From Candidatus Kaiserbacteria bacterium RIFCSPHIGHO2_02_FULL_49_34 (GTDB taxonomy: Bacteria; Patescibacteriota; Minisyncoccia; Phycocordibacterales; UBA918): a stretch of 64,000 nucleotides of DNA. The stretch is from the NCBI GenBank assembly GCA_001781205.1, contig MFLE01000025.1:22914-86913 (forward strand), in the 5' to 3' direction. Position numbers and translations under genes: made by a program. Below the pieces are notes generated by a model, which saw only the letters and a list, made by a program, of their open reading frames with translations, was not told where the DNA came from and ran no database searches. Positions 28,344 to 38,309 of this stretch are shown here, in pieces. The first letter of the stretch is position 1. The number at the start of each line of letters is the position of its first letter.

Positions 28344-28495
28344 AGCAATCTCCTTTCTTTAGTGTCAAAGACCAAACCCAAATACAGAATGACAATTTAT
28401 TCCAGTTTCGTCAATATTGACAACTTCACCAATGTTGCATAACTTTACCTCAGCTCGAACCCCTGTTCGTTCTTTTCACAACCTGGAGAAATATC

Positions 28496-29704
28496 ATGCG
28501 CGTTCCCTATGCTCAGTCTGTTCATGGCGAGGAAGAAGTCCAAGCCGTCGTCAATGTTCTGCGTGGCAATACCGCACTCGGCCCGAAAACCAAAGAGTTC
28601 GAGGAAAAAACCGCTGCACATTTCGGCAAAAAGTACGGCATCATGGTGAACTCTGGTTCATCCGCCAACCTGCTCGCGCTCGAATTGTTGAATGCGGAGC
28701 CTGGCGATGAAATCATCACCCCGCTCCTGACCTTCGGCACGGTCGTTGCACCCATCCTGCAAAAAGGCCTCGTCCCCGTCTTTCTCGACGTCGACGAAGG
28801 CACCTACGTCATCGATGCAGACAAAGTCGAAGCGGCAATCACCCCGAAAACCAAAGCGTTGCTCATCCCGTCACTCCTCGGCAACCTGCCGAATCTGGAA
28901 AAGCTCGCCGCCATCGCAGCAAAGCACAACATCGTCTTCATCGAAGACTCGTGCGACACCTTCGGCGGCAGCTTTAAGGGTCAACCAACCGGCACCTACT
29001 CGCATATCACCACAACCAGCTTCTACGGCTCGCACATTATCAACGGTGCAGGCGGTGGCGGCATGGTCATGGTGAACAGCGAGGCTCTCGCGGAACGACT
29101 TGTCGTCCTGCGCGGCTGGGGCCGTCGTTCGTCGCTCTTTGGCGAAGGGGCGGAATCCGAAAAGGCCGAGAATCGCTTCAATGTCGAGCTCGGCGGCGTG
29201 CAATACGACGCAAAGTTTGTCTTCTCGGAAATCGGCTACAACTTCCTGCCGCTCGAACTCTCGGCCGCATTCGCGCTCGAGCAACTCAAGCGACTCGATG
29301 GTTTCGCTGCAACACGCCGCAGTCACTACGCCTCGCTCCTGCAGTTCTTCAAGCAGTATGAAAAATACTTCATTCTACCGAAGCAAACTGAAGGTGCCGA
29401 CGCCGTCTGGCTGGCATTCCCTGTTGTCATTCGTGACAGCGCGCCGTTCGTCCGCAAGGACATTGCGCTCTTCCTCGAAGCCGCCGACATTCAGACCCGC
29501 CCCGTCTTCACGGGCAACGTCCTGAAACAGCCAGCCTTCGAGAAGATCCCGCATCGCCTCGCCGAAGCAAGCTACGAGAACACCGAGCAAGTCATGCGCG
29601 GCGGACTCGTCTTCGCCTGTCATCAAGGCCTCACCGAGGAACAGCTCGACTACGTCAAGGAGCAAATCACCACCTTCATCGCAACCCGCACGACAACCGC
29701 ATAG
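28496..29704 (+). CDS. rfbH: CDP-6-deoxy-D-xylo-4-hexulose 3-dehydrase (E1; DegT/RfbH family, PMP-dependent)
   Basis: Aligns with RfbH/DdhC throughout (MVNSGSSANLLALELL...GDEIITP...VPVFLDVD...KTKALLIP..LGNL...IEDSCD). The usual PLP-binding Lys is replaced by His (SFYGSHIINGAGGG vs SFYPAHHITMGEGG in RfbH), the known E1 hallmark. Confidence 0.9.
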   Translation: MRVPYAQSVHGEEEVQAVVNVLRGNTALGPKTKEFEEKTAAHFGKKYGIMVNSGSSANLLALELLNAEPGDEIITPLLTFGTVVAPILQKGLVPVFLDVDEGTYVIDADKVEAAITPKTKALLIPSLLGNLPNLEKLAAIAAKHNIVFIEDSCDTFGGSFKGQPTGTYSHITTTSFYGSHIINGAGGGGMVMVNSEALAERLVVLRGWGRRSSLFGEGAESEKAENRFNVELGGVQYDAKFVFSEIGYNFLPLELSAAFALEQLKRLDGFAATRRSHYASLLQFFKQYEKYFILPKQTEGADAVWLAFPVVIRDSAPFVRKDIALFLEAADIQTRPVFTGNVLKQPAFEKIPHRLAEASYENTEQVMRGGLVFACHQGLTEEQLDYVKEQITTFIATRTTTA

Positions 29705-29728
29705 CACCACTTCTCCGACCAACCCCAC

Positions 29729-29759
29729 AGAGCCCTCCCGAGGGCTCTTTTTCTTTATT
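29729..29759 (+). terminator. rho-independent terminator after rfbH
   Basis: agagccctcccgagggctct hairpin plus ttttctttatt. Confidence 0.65.
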
Positions 29760-29818
29760 GCATTGCAAAATAATTGATGTTAGTCTCTAGGTATCTGATC
29801 TTTTAGAGGAGCAATCCC

Positions 29819-30367
29819 ATGCACATTACAACGCTAGATATCCCCGGACTTTTTCTGATTACTCCAACTCCTCGTGCCGATGTGCGTGGCGTGTTTCAGA
29901 AAACGTTTGACGCGGCACTGTTTGCAACACACGGCATGAACACCGACCTTCACGAGGTGTTTGAGACAGAATCGCACAAGGAAGTAATACGTGGTATGCA
30001 CTTCCAAATGCCCCCGCATGCTTGCGCAAAATACGTATCCGTCAAGCACGGCAGTATTCTTGATGTTGTGCTTGATATACGAATGAATTCTCCAACATTT
30101 GGGAAACATCTGTCGATACAGCTTTCTGCAGAGAATCAATCAACACTGTACATTCCCGAAGGGTTTGCGCATGGATTCAAAGCACTCACCGAACTCGCAC
30201 ATACGTCATATCTGCAAACAGCAGGTTTCAATGCAGCATGTGATGCGGGCATACATTTTGATTCATTCGGCATGGATTGGGGTGTTGATAATCCCATCAT
30301 GTCCGAACGCGACAAAGCACTCCCCGCATTCACCTCGTTTATCTCACCTTTTTCCCATCAGGAGTAA
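29819..30367 (+). CDS. dTDP/CDP-4-dehydro-6-deoxyhexose 3,5-epimerase family (RmlC-like cupin)
   Basis: LDIPGLFLITPTPRADVRGVF...GMHFQMPPHA..KYVSVKHGSILDVVLDIR.NSPTFG matches the RmlC fold motifs. AGAGGAG RBS. Confidence 0.8.
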   Translation: MHITTLDIPGLFLITPTPRADVRGVFQKTFDAALFATHGMNTDLHEVFETESHKEVIRGMHFQMPPHACAKYVSVKHGSILDVVLDIRMNSPTFGKHLSIQLSAENQSTLYIPEGFAHGFKALTELAHTSYLQTAGFNAACDAGIHFDSFGMDWGVDNPIMSERDKALPAFTSFISPFSHQE

Positions 30368-30370
30368 GTC

Positions 30371-31264
30371 ATGAAAATACTCGTAACTGGCGCAAGTGGT
30401 TTCGTGGGAGGCAATCTCGCAGAGCGACGCCTCACTCATGGAGATGATGTGGTGGTTATCACACGATCTGGAACGGACGAAGCTCTTCTTCCGCAAGGAG
30501 TGCGCATCTTCCAACATGATGGCAATCATGAACAACTTTCAGAGTTTATTCTGAAAGAATGCTTCGACGGCATCGTGCATTGTGCAACGCACTTTTGCGG
30601 GACACACACTGCGAACGACATCGACAAACTTGTCGACAGCAACATTCGTTTCGGCATGCATCTCTTTGAAGCTGCAACTAAACACGATGTACCATGGATG
30701 ATCAACACAAGCACCTATACGCAACACTACGAGAACCGTGACTATTCACCCGCAAACCTGTACTCGGCAACCAAGCAAGCATTCGAGGATATTGTGCAAT
30801 ACTATGCCGAGACAACCGCAACCACAATTGCAACCGTAACCTTATTTGACACAATCGGCGAGGGCGACAGAAGAAATAAGATTTTTCGCGCACTACTTAA
30901 TGCTGCAAAGACGGGGACCTGTCTTGAGTTGTCGCCGGGCGAACAATTGCTTGATATCAGCCCGATACAAAATGTGCTCGATGGGTACGATCGCATGGTG
31001 ACGCTGCTCACTCAAAGCAATCACACTATGTTCAACGGAAAGGTATTCACACTTCCTTCGAACGAACGTATGACGCTCCGTTCTTTTGTTGCACTTTTTG
31101 AAAGTGTACTCGGCAGAAAACTCCCCGTAACCTTTGGTACTCGTCCCTATCGTGAGCGAGAAATGATGTTGCCATGGTCGCACGGAGAACCAGTACCCGG
31201 CTGGAAACCACACATCAGTCTTGCCGAGAGCATCCAAGACATCATGAAACATGAACTCGGGTAA
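30371..31264 (+). CDS. NAD-dependent epimerase/dehydratase-family (SDR) sugar reductase/epimerase
   Basis: MKILVTGASGFVGGNLAERRL Rossmann N-terminus. Sits directly downstream of the epimerase gene. Confidence 0.78.
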   Translation: MKILVTGASGFVGGNLAERRLTHGDDVVVITRSGTDEALLPQGVRIFQHDGNHEQLSEFILKECFDGIVHCATHFCGTHTANDIDKLVDSNIRFGMHLFEAATKHDVPWMINTSTYTQHYENRDYSPANLYSATKQAFEDIVQYYAETTATTIATVTLFDTIGEGDRRNKIFRALLNAAKTGTCLELSPGEQLLDISPIQNVLDGYDRMVTLLTQSNHTMFNGKVFTLPSNERMTLRSFVALFESVLGRKLPVTFGTRPYREREMMLPWSHGEPVPGWKPHISLAESIQDIMKHELG

Positions 31265-31355
31265 AATATTTCCTTCGCCGTAGACTCGTCTGCGGCATTT
31301 TTTTGCACTCATGATATGGACAAACGTTCACATGTTTGTACAATAGCCTTATTCC

Positions 31356-32651
31356 ATGAATATCTTCGCTCGACTTGCTGCAAAGAGGCACGACACAGGA
31401 CTTCGTCGCTACACCAAAAATCTTGGCTGGATGTTTTTTGCGCGTATTGGCACCATGGCAATAGGACTCCTTGCCACTGCATATATTGCACGTAATCTCG
31501 GACCTACAAGTTATGGCGAACTAAGTTACGCAATCAGCTTTGTGATGCTTGTCGGGATGTTTGCATCACTCGGTATTGACCAGACCATCTCACGTGAACT
31601 GATTCTCTTTCCTGAGAAACGAAACGCCGTAATGGGCACAGCACTTTCCATGCGACTTGGCGCGGGGATTTTTGCAATGGTTCTCTGTATTCTTCTCGCC
31701 TATTTTATTTCTCCACACGACGTATCGCTTCTTCTTATTTTCATTATTAGCAGTACACTTGTTCTCAGCAGTTTCAGTCTTCTTGGGCAAGAATTTCAAG
31801 CACAGGTAGAATCAAAGTGGCCGTCAATAGCGTCAATTATAATTGTTACTATTTTAAACCTTTTCAAAATAGTAATTATCATGTTTGGTGGTGGCGTTCT
31901 CTATCTCGCAGCTATTCTTGTACTTGAGCCAATATTGTATGCAGGAAGCTATATTTACCTGCGCACAAAACGCTTTGGCGCACTACAAACACTCTCATTC
32001 GACCCCGTACTTGCTCGCCTCATTATTGCAGATGCTACTCCTCTCATTTTAGTTTCCGCATTCTCCACAATATACGCACGCATCGACCAGATATTTATAA
32101 AACACATGATAGACGCCACTTCTGTTGGTCTCTATGATGCCGCAGTACGACTCTCTGAAGTTTGGTATTTTGTGCCAGGCATTATTATTGCGGGACTCTT
32201 ACCTGCAATAGGCAACGCAAAGAAAACAAACGATATCCTGTATAGAAAGCGTATACAGAAACTATTTTTCTTTCTCTTTGCTGCCACACTTACCCTTGCG
32301 CTACTGACCAGTATTATTGCAAAACCTCTCGTAGCGATTGTATTTGGTGCTGCATTTGCAGGAGCAGCCCCCGTACTTATGCTCTATATCTGGAGCAATA
32401 TTGGCGCCGCCCTTACCCACATTACACACCAAATCCTACTCCTTGAGCGACTCCCGAAATACATCCTCTTCTCCTCATTTTTTGGCATGGCTGCCAACCT
32501 CATACTCTGCATCATGCTGATTCCAAAATACGGAATGCTCGGCGCAGCCTTTGGAAGCCTTGTTGCATATATACTACCTTTCCTTTCGCTGTTCCTACTC
32601 CCCAAAACTCGCACACTTCTTACTAACATTTTATTCGCACATAAACGCTGA
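31356..32651 (+). CDS. wzx: polysaccharide/O-antigen flippase (Wzx, MOP superfamily)
   Basis: 431 aa with ~12 predicted TM helices and a composition typical of Wzx. Located in a glycan locus. Ends with TGA. Confidence 0.75.
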   Translation: MNIFARLAAKRHDTGLRRYTKNLGWMFFARIGTMAIGLLATAYIARNLGPTSYGELSYAISFVMLVGMFASLGIDQTISRELILFPEKRNAVMGTALSMRLGAGIFAMVLCILLAYFISPHDVSLLLIFIISSTLVLSSFSLLGQEFQAQVESKWPSIASIIIVTILNLFKIVIIMFGGGVLYLAAILVLEPILYAGSYIYLRTKRFGALQTLSFDPVLARLIIADATPLILVSAFSTIYARIDQIFIKHMIDATSVGLYDAAVRLSEVWYFVPGIIIAGLLPAIGNAKKTNDILYRKRIQKLFFFLFAATLTLALLTSIIAKPLVAIVFGAAFAGAAPVLMLYIWSNIGAALTHITHQILLLERLPKYILFSSFFGMAANLILCIMLIPKYGMLGAAFGSLVAYILPFLSLFLLPKTRTLLTNILFAHKR

Positions 32652-32730
32652 CTCGCTAACAAGTTTTACGGTCGTTACTTGCCATCCCCCACCGTGTGCG
32701 TTTTTCTTATATTCAGATATACTGTAGTAT

Positions 32731-33645
32731 ATGAACATCACACCGACCATCACTATCGCTATCCCTTCCTACAATAAGGAGCCATATATTCGCCGATGTC
32801 TCGAGAGCGCTTTGAACAATCAAAATGATGATGTCGAAATTATTCTCGTTGACAACGCATCACAAGACGCAACATACAAAATTGCACAGTCATACACTCC
32901 TACAGTCACCTGCCATCAAAACAGTACCAACCTTGGTATGGCATCAAATTGGAACAAGTGTATTGAACACGCATCGGGCGACTGGATACTTATTCTTCAC
33001 GCTGATGATGAACTTGCTCCAAACGTAATCCCCCTCTATCGTACTCTGATAATGAAAAATCCAAATCTTGGCATTATTCATGCGAACTCATTTGCTGTTG
33101 TAAATGGTGACCCCGCAACAAAAACGACGACACCGACTGCACATAAAGAGCATTGGCGGGCGGGCGAAGAAGCACTTCGTGCGCCTATCGGGCTCTGTTC
33201 AACCATTATGGTGAAAAAAGAGGCATATGAAAGACTTGGAGGCTTTATCGAAACCTCACTGTCTGCAGATGCTGAAATGTGGCCGCGTGTTGCAGCTGAA
33301 TATGACCTAGCCTTCATCAACGAGCCAACTGCAACGTATCATTACAACAAAGATTCAACAGGGGCACAATCACTTATTGAACGTCGTTTTGAAGACATTG
33401 TTGCTGATTGGGATAATCTCACGGAGAAAATCGCGCAGTCACAACCAACGGAAGAACTTCGTCTCAGATATCTCGCAAAAGCTAAGTATGACGCATTGGG
33501 AAACTACTGGGCAATCGTTGCAGCAAATCTCAAAACACGAAAATATAAAAATGCTACTCGTGCAATCTGGATTATCAGTGTACACTATCATAAGTTTTTT
33601 CCGCTTCTACAACTCATTATTAAAAAACTTTGGAGTAAACGTTAA
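32731..33645 (+). CDS. glycosyltransferase family 2
   Basis: ITIAIPSYNKEPYIRRCLESALNQ...VEIILVDNASQDAT is the GT2 N-terminal DxD-region signature. Confidence 0.8.
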   Translation: MNITPTITIAIPSYNKEPYIRRCLESALNNQNDDVEIILVDNASQDATYKIAQSYTPTVTCHQNSTNLGMASNWNKCIEHASGDWILILHADDELAPNVIPLYRTLIMKNPNLGIIHANSFAVVNGDPATKTTTPTAHKEHWRAGEEALRAPIGLCSTIMVKKEAYERLGGFIETSLSADAEMWPRVAAEYDLAFINEPTATYHYNKDSTGAQSLIERRFEDIVADWDNLTEKIAQSQPTEELRLRYLAKAKYDALGNYWAIVAANLKTRKYKNATRAIWIISVHYHKFFPLLQLIIKKLWSKR

Positions 33646-33659
33646 TTCTATAACTTATC

Positions 33660-34631
33660 ATGTCAGCACCAATTCTCTCGATATGCATACCAACCTATAA
33701 TCGCGCATCATATCTACACGATGCGCTCGAGAGCATTGCTCGGGAGCTTACTGATAAACATCTTGCTGAGCAAGTGGAAGTTATTGTGTCTGACAACGCA
33801 TCGACTGACGATACCGAAACAATCACACGCTCATTCGCAAGCAAAATCCGTCATCTTGCATACTATAAAAATGAGGCAAATGTTGGCTTTGATTACAATG
33901 TCGATAATGCCGTACGTCGTGCCAACGGAACCTATTGTTGGTACCTTGGAGATGACGACCTCATTAGAAACGGTGCACTCGCGTATATGTTGGCACAGTG
34001 TGCCAAGAATACCTACGCAATCATTTCTACAACCTCTCAGGAAATAACAGACCGTGACCCTAAGGTGTTTCTACAGAAAGTTACCTATACTGATGCTGAT
34101 ATGTCTATATCAAACGATCCTAACGAGAGCTATGCACTAAATTACTACCCGTCAGCACTAAGCCTACTCGCATTTCGCCGCGACGCATGGCTGAATGCTG
34201 CAGACATTCAGAACCATACTCCTGGTTGGTATTATTTCGAGACAATTCTTCGCCTCGCCATTGCAACAACAGACCCCACTCTCCACATCAAAAAGCCAAT
34301 GGTGCTTACCGGACAAGACTGTCGTTGGGCAGACAATGGGCAAGGGCTACAGATATTCATAGACTGTAATGTATTCTTGCGAAAAATGATTGGTTGGGGA
34401 TACAATCAAACCCGCACCAAGCAAGAGCTCGCTGGCAACACTCGTAAATTCCCTCGCGTCCTCTTACAAGCAAAAGCACGCGACCTTCCTCTCACAAAGA
34501 AGAACTTCGCCCTCATGCGGAGCTACACCAAGCATATTCCTTGGCATCTGCGCATGATTGGGAATATACTATTCTATATCCCCAATACATTTATAGCGCT
34601 CGCTCGAGATATAAAAAAGTCAATCATATGA
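33660..34631 (+). CDS. glycosyltransferase family 2
   Basis: LSICIPTYNRASYLHDALESI...VEVIVSDNASTDDT. ATGA overlap with the next gene. Confidence 0.8.
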   Translation: MSAPILSICIPTYNRASYLHDALESIARELTDKHLAEQVEVIVSDNASTDDTETITRSFASKIRHLAYYKNEANVGFDYNVDNAVRRANGTYCWYLGDDDLIRNGALAYMLAQCAKNTYAIISTTSQEITDRDPKVFLQKVTYTDADMSISNDPNESYALNYYPSALSLLAFRRDAWLNAADIQNHTPGWYYFETILRLAIATTDPTLHIKKPMVLTGQDCRWADNGQGLQIFIDCNVFLRKMIGWGYNQTRTKQELAGNTRKFPRVLLQAKARDLPLTKKNFALMRSYTKHIPWHLRMIGNILFYIPNTFIALARDIKKSII

Positions 34632-35461
34632 AGCCTATAACTTTTATCCTCTTTGCCTACAATGAAGAAAAACGTATTGCATATGCGGTGCGGAGTTTTA
34701 TGAAGTACGGACCAGTACTTATTATGGATGGCGGCAGTACTGACAAGACTAAAGAGATTGCTGAGAAACTCGGTGCAACCTTTCTTTCACGCCCCACATC
34801 AAATGTTCCGCACGTCGAAACACAGCAAAACTACGATTTTATAAAGAAAAACACGAACACCCCCTGGATTTATTGGGGCTACGTCGACAATATTGCGCCA
34901 AAAACATTGGTTGAAAAGATGCTTGCGGTAGCAACCGAAAATTCTTGTAAACAAATCATTGCCCCGATGCACACCTATATGTGGGGTGCTACAAATCATA
35001 TTGCGCAAAAGTCACATATACCCGTTGCGTTCCATCGCGACTATATGGATTTTACACACACACCAATCCACAGCATGGGTCTTTTTACAGGGACTCCTGA
35101 GGAGGTCTGTGTACTCCCCTCGCTCGAGCGGTTTGCCATTCGTCATTTTAGCACATATGTTACCAGTAAATATGTTGTTGGCTACTTGCGCTATGCCGAA
35201 GAAGAAGCACTTCAAAAATTCAAAAACGGCGAAAGATTTTCAATCCTTAAGCTTTTTGCAGCAATGTTGCGCTATATGTGGATTTACCGTAGAAGCATGT
35301 ATAATGGCAGGGTTGGCATTATTGTTATGCTCAATGCAGCTTTTGGTAGGCTCATGACTTACGCACGTCTTTACGAGATTGAGCACAACATAACACTTCA
35401 GACCGCTGAAGAAAAATACGCTCTAGAAAAAGAAAAACTCCTCAATGCAAAATCTTCTTAA
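34628..35461 (+). CDS. glycosyltransferase, GT2-like
   Basis: ITFILFAYNEEKRIAYAVRSF...LIMDGGSTDKT resembles GT2 DxD-region. Start set by ATGA overlap. Confidence 0.6.
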   Translation: MKPITFILFAYNEEKRIAYAVRSFMKYGPVLIMDGGSTDKTKEIAEKLGATFLSRPTSNVPHVETQQNYDFIKKNTNTPWIYWGYVDNIAPKTLVEKMLAVATENSCKQIIAPMHTYMWGATNHIAQKSHIPVAFHRDYMDFTHTPIHSMGLFTGTPEEVCVLPSLERFAIRHFSTYVTSKYVVGYLRYAEEEALQKFKNGERFSILKLFAAMLRYMWIYRRSMYNGRVGIIVMLNAAFGRLMTYARLYEIEHNITLQTAEEKYALEKEKLLNAKSS

Positions 35462-36365
35462 TCATGTACGCACCATAACACCTCTTGCAATCCGGAAAAA
35501 AGTCGGGCCCATTTTAGGGTATCTCGCATATTGGTACCGGACACGTATTCGTGGTCCTGTATGGGAGCCCCGGGTGCTATCGATATCTGAGACAATACAG
35601 AAAATACGTGAGCAGAACCTCTCTGTGATTCGTTTTGGAGATGGCGAGCTCTCACTTATTGAACATTCGAATCTTGGTTTTCAGAAATATGATACCGTCC
35701 TTGCCAACCGTCTCTCTGAAATTCTTCGTGTCGAGGAAGAGAATCTCATGATATGCGTACCAAGTATTTTTGATCGGATAGAACACCTTACACCAATCGC
35801 TTTCTGGTTTGAAATTCACCACCTCTTCCGACACGGACATACATGGCGGAAATTTCTCATACCTGGTCGCACCTACGGTGATGCCTTTATGACTCGTCCA
35901 TATCTCACTTTTAAGAATAAACGAGATACCGGCACACTCTATACTGCATTGAAAGCGCTCTGGGAAAATACTGATGTAGTACTCATAGAAGGAACACAGA
36001 GCAGACTAGGGGTTGGCAATGACTTGTTTGCAGACTGTACCTCTGTTAAAAGAATACTTTGTCCACCCGAAAATGCTCATGCGTCACATGAAGCAATCCT
36101 TCACGAGGCAAACAAAGTTGGCAAAGAAAAGCTTATACTGCTTTCACTTGGACCAGCAGCAAAGCTTCTTGCATACGATTTATTCAAGCAAGGATATCGT
36201 GTTATCGATATCGGTCACGTCGATATGGAGTATGAAATGTTTTTACGAAACACCGACCGCATTGTACCCGTTCGTTATAAGTATTTTAATGAAATTAATG
36301 AACGAAATCCTGAGGAATGTGCCGATCCTGTGTACACCTCTCAAATCATCGCAACCATTCTATGA
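35445..36365 (+). CDS. DUF1792-type (GT-D fold) glycosyltransferase candidate
   Basis: N-terminal IRFGDGELSLIEH matches the recalled DUF1792/GT-D DXE signature. ~300 aa. ATGA overlap with downstream gene. Confidence 0.5.
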   Translation: MQNLLNHVRTITPLAIRKKVGPILGYLAYWYRTRIRGPVWEPRVLSISETIQKIREQNLSVIRFGDGELSLIEHSNLGFQKYDTVLANRLSEILRVEEENLMICVPSIFDRIEHLTPIAFWFEIHHLFRHGHTWRKFLIPGRTYGDAFMTRPYLTFKNKRDTGTLYTALKALWENTDVVLIEGTQSRLGVGNDLFADCTSVKRILCPPENAHASHEAILHEANKVGKEKLILLSLGPAAKLLAYDLFKQGYRVIDIGHVDMEYEMFLRNTDRIVPVRYKYFNEINERNPEECADPVYTSQIIATIL

Positions 36366-37423
36366 GAACTATCAACATCAAAATCTGTGGCTATGACCTA
36401 GATGACGAGTCTGTGCGTGATATATTTCTAGTGCGCGAACTTTCTAAACTTTACCATGTCACATTCTCTAATAAACCAGACTACGTTTTCTTCCATGAGG
36501 GCACGACGGAGTATTTAAACTACCCCGATGCAATTCGTATTTTCTACACTGGTGAGAATATCCATCCTAACTTCAATCTTTGTGATTATGCAATAAGTTT
36601 TGACCATCTTACTTTTGAAGACCGGCACTTTAGGCTACCCGTATTCCAAACAGCGGTCTTCTATAGAAAATGTGATGTTGAAAACGCAGGTGATCTTGAT
36701 TTCAAAACTCCGCGACCATTCACGAAAGAAGACCTTGCCAAAAAAGAAGGTTTTTGCAGTTTTGTGTATAATAATTATCTGGCAGATAACGCTCGTGGCG
36801 AATTTTTTGCAAAATTGTCTGCGTACAAGCAGGTTGACTCTGGTGGTAATTATCTCAATACCACAGGAACTGAACTCGTCAGCAAATTAGATTTCGACAG
36901 AAAACGAAAATTCGCCATTGCCTTTGAAAACTCTTCACGTAGTGGTTACACCACTGAAAAAATCCTCACCGCGTTCGCAGCAAATGCCCTCCCTATCTAT
37001 TACGGTGACCCTCGAATTACTGAAGTATTCAATCCTGAACGCTACATTAACTGCGCTGACTATCCCGATTTCGATGCTGTGGTTGCACGTGTTAAAGAAA
37101 TAGATGAAAACGACGAACTCTATCTCGAAATTATGAACAAGCCAGTCCTTATGCCAGGCGTTGACCTCGCAAAGGACCGTGAAGATTTCGCTGTATTTCT
37201 AAAACAAATTATCGACCAGCCTCTCACAACTGCCCGACGTAGAAAAATAAATCCCGTTCGTGCAATTACCTACGAACAAAACGAACGGCTCATTGCACGA
37301 TACCGGAATACAACACTACGCACAAAACAGACAATCGCGTATCTTTACGCACCACTTAAAAAAATTTCCTTCTTTGAAAAAGTAAAAATATTTCTTTTTA
37401 AAAAACTTTACGCAAAAAGTTAA
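36362..37423 (+). CDS. alpha-1,3(/4)-fucosyltransferase (GT10 family)
   Basis: KFAIAFENSSRSGYTTEKILTAFAANALPIYYGDPRITEVFNPERYIN is the diagnostic GT10 motif (FENS....Y.TEK........PI..G....). Compare H. pylori FutA CFENSQGYGYVTEKIIDAY...IPIYWG. Confidence 0.82.
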   Translation: MRTINIKICGYDLDDESVRDIFLVRELSKLYHVTFSNKPDYVFFHEGTTEYLNYPDAIRIFYTGENIHPNFNLCDYAISFDHLTFEDRHFRLPVFQTAVFYRKCDVENAGDLDFKTPRPFTKEDLAKKEGFCSFVYNNYLADNARGEFFAKLSAYKQVDSGGNYLNTTGTELVSKLDFDRKRKFAIAFENSSRSGYTTEKILTAFAANALPIYYGDPRITEVFNPERYINCADYPDFDAVVARVKEIDENDELYLEIMNKPVLMPGVDLAKDREDFAVFLKQIIDQPLTTARRRKINPVRAITYEQNERLIARYRNTTLRTKQTIAYLYAPLKKISFFEKVKIFLFKKLYAKS

Positions 37424-37433
37424 CTAGCGGCAT

Positions 37434-38309
37434 ATGATTACTATCTACACTCGCAGTCGAAGCTTCCTTACTAAGGAATTTTGGAAGTGGGTGGCACGGC
37501 GGTTGCTCAGAAAGTATTCGGGGCCGAATGCGGTGGAGGATAGTTTGTTGCGGGGGCTAAAAAAACTTAATGTCCCGTTCAAGCGCAATACGGAGCCCGC
37601 GCAAGGTGATGTAGCGTTGATTCTTTCTGGTGTCGAGGCACTCAGTGAAGCCATTGCTCTGAAGCAGATCGGGCGCATAAAAAAGATTATTGCCGGGCCA
37701 AATATTGTTGCTCACCCACGTGATGCTGACGGCGCAATGCTGAGCACAGATATCGACATCATACTTGTTCCTTCACAATGGGTTGCTGACTTATGGATAC
37801 ACGAAGCGCCTGAACTTGCTGAAAAAATCCGCGTGTGGCCTGCGGGTGTTCAACTATCGGCACCAAGCACTCGTGATGGCATCCCGATTATTTATGATAA
37901 GTTACGAAGCCCTGAGCTTGTTGCGCAGATACAGGATAGGATTAGCGCATGCCATATATTCACGTATGGTACATTCAAACAACAAGACTATCTAAGTGCC
38001 CTTGCAGATGCGCCCTATCTCGTATATCTCGCACAGTCTGAGAGCCAAGGACTTGCGCTCCAAGAAGCATGGGCGCATAATGTGCCGACGTTTGTGAATA
38101 AGAGTACTCGATGGGAATCAGCCGACACGTCGTGGGAAGCGCCACAGATTAATGCACCGTATCTCACTCCTGAACTTGGCGCGGTTTTTAACTCCATAGA
38201 TGAACTTACTGAACTTTTCTCACACACAACAAACCTCAATCCAAAAGAATATTGCGACGTACACCTTTCCGACGAAGCGAGCACCCGCATTCTTCTTAAT
38301 CTCCTATGA
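37434..38309 (+). CDS. putative GT-B-fold glycosyltransferase (family unclear)
   Basis: C-terminal ...YLAQSESQGLALQEAWAHNVPTF... resembles the E(x7)E / donor-binding region of GT-B transferases. Weak. Confidence 0.35.
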   Translation: MITIYTRSRSFLTKEFWKWVARRLLRKYSGPNAVEDSLLRGLKKLNVPFKRNTEPAQGDVALILSGVEALSEAIALKQIGRIKKIIAGPNIVAHPRDADGAMLSTDIDIILVPSQWVADLWIHEAPELAEKIRVWPAGVQLSAPSTRDGIPIIYDKLRSPELVAQIQDRISACHIFTYGTFKQQDYLSALADAPYLVYLAQSESQGLALQEAWAHNVPTFVNKSTRWESADTSWEAPQINAPYLTPELGAVFNSIDELTELFSHTTNLNPKEYCDVHLSDEASTRILLNLL

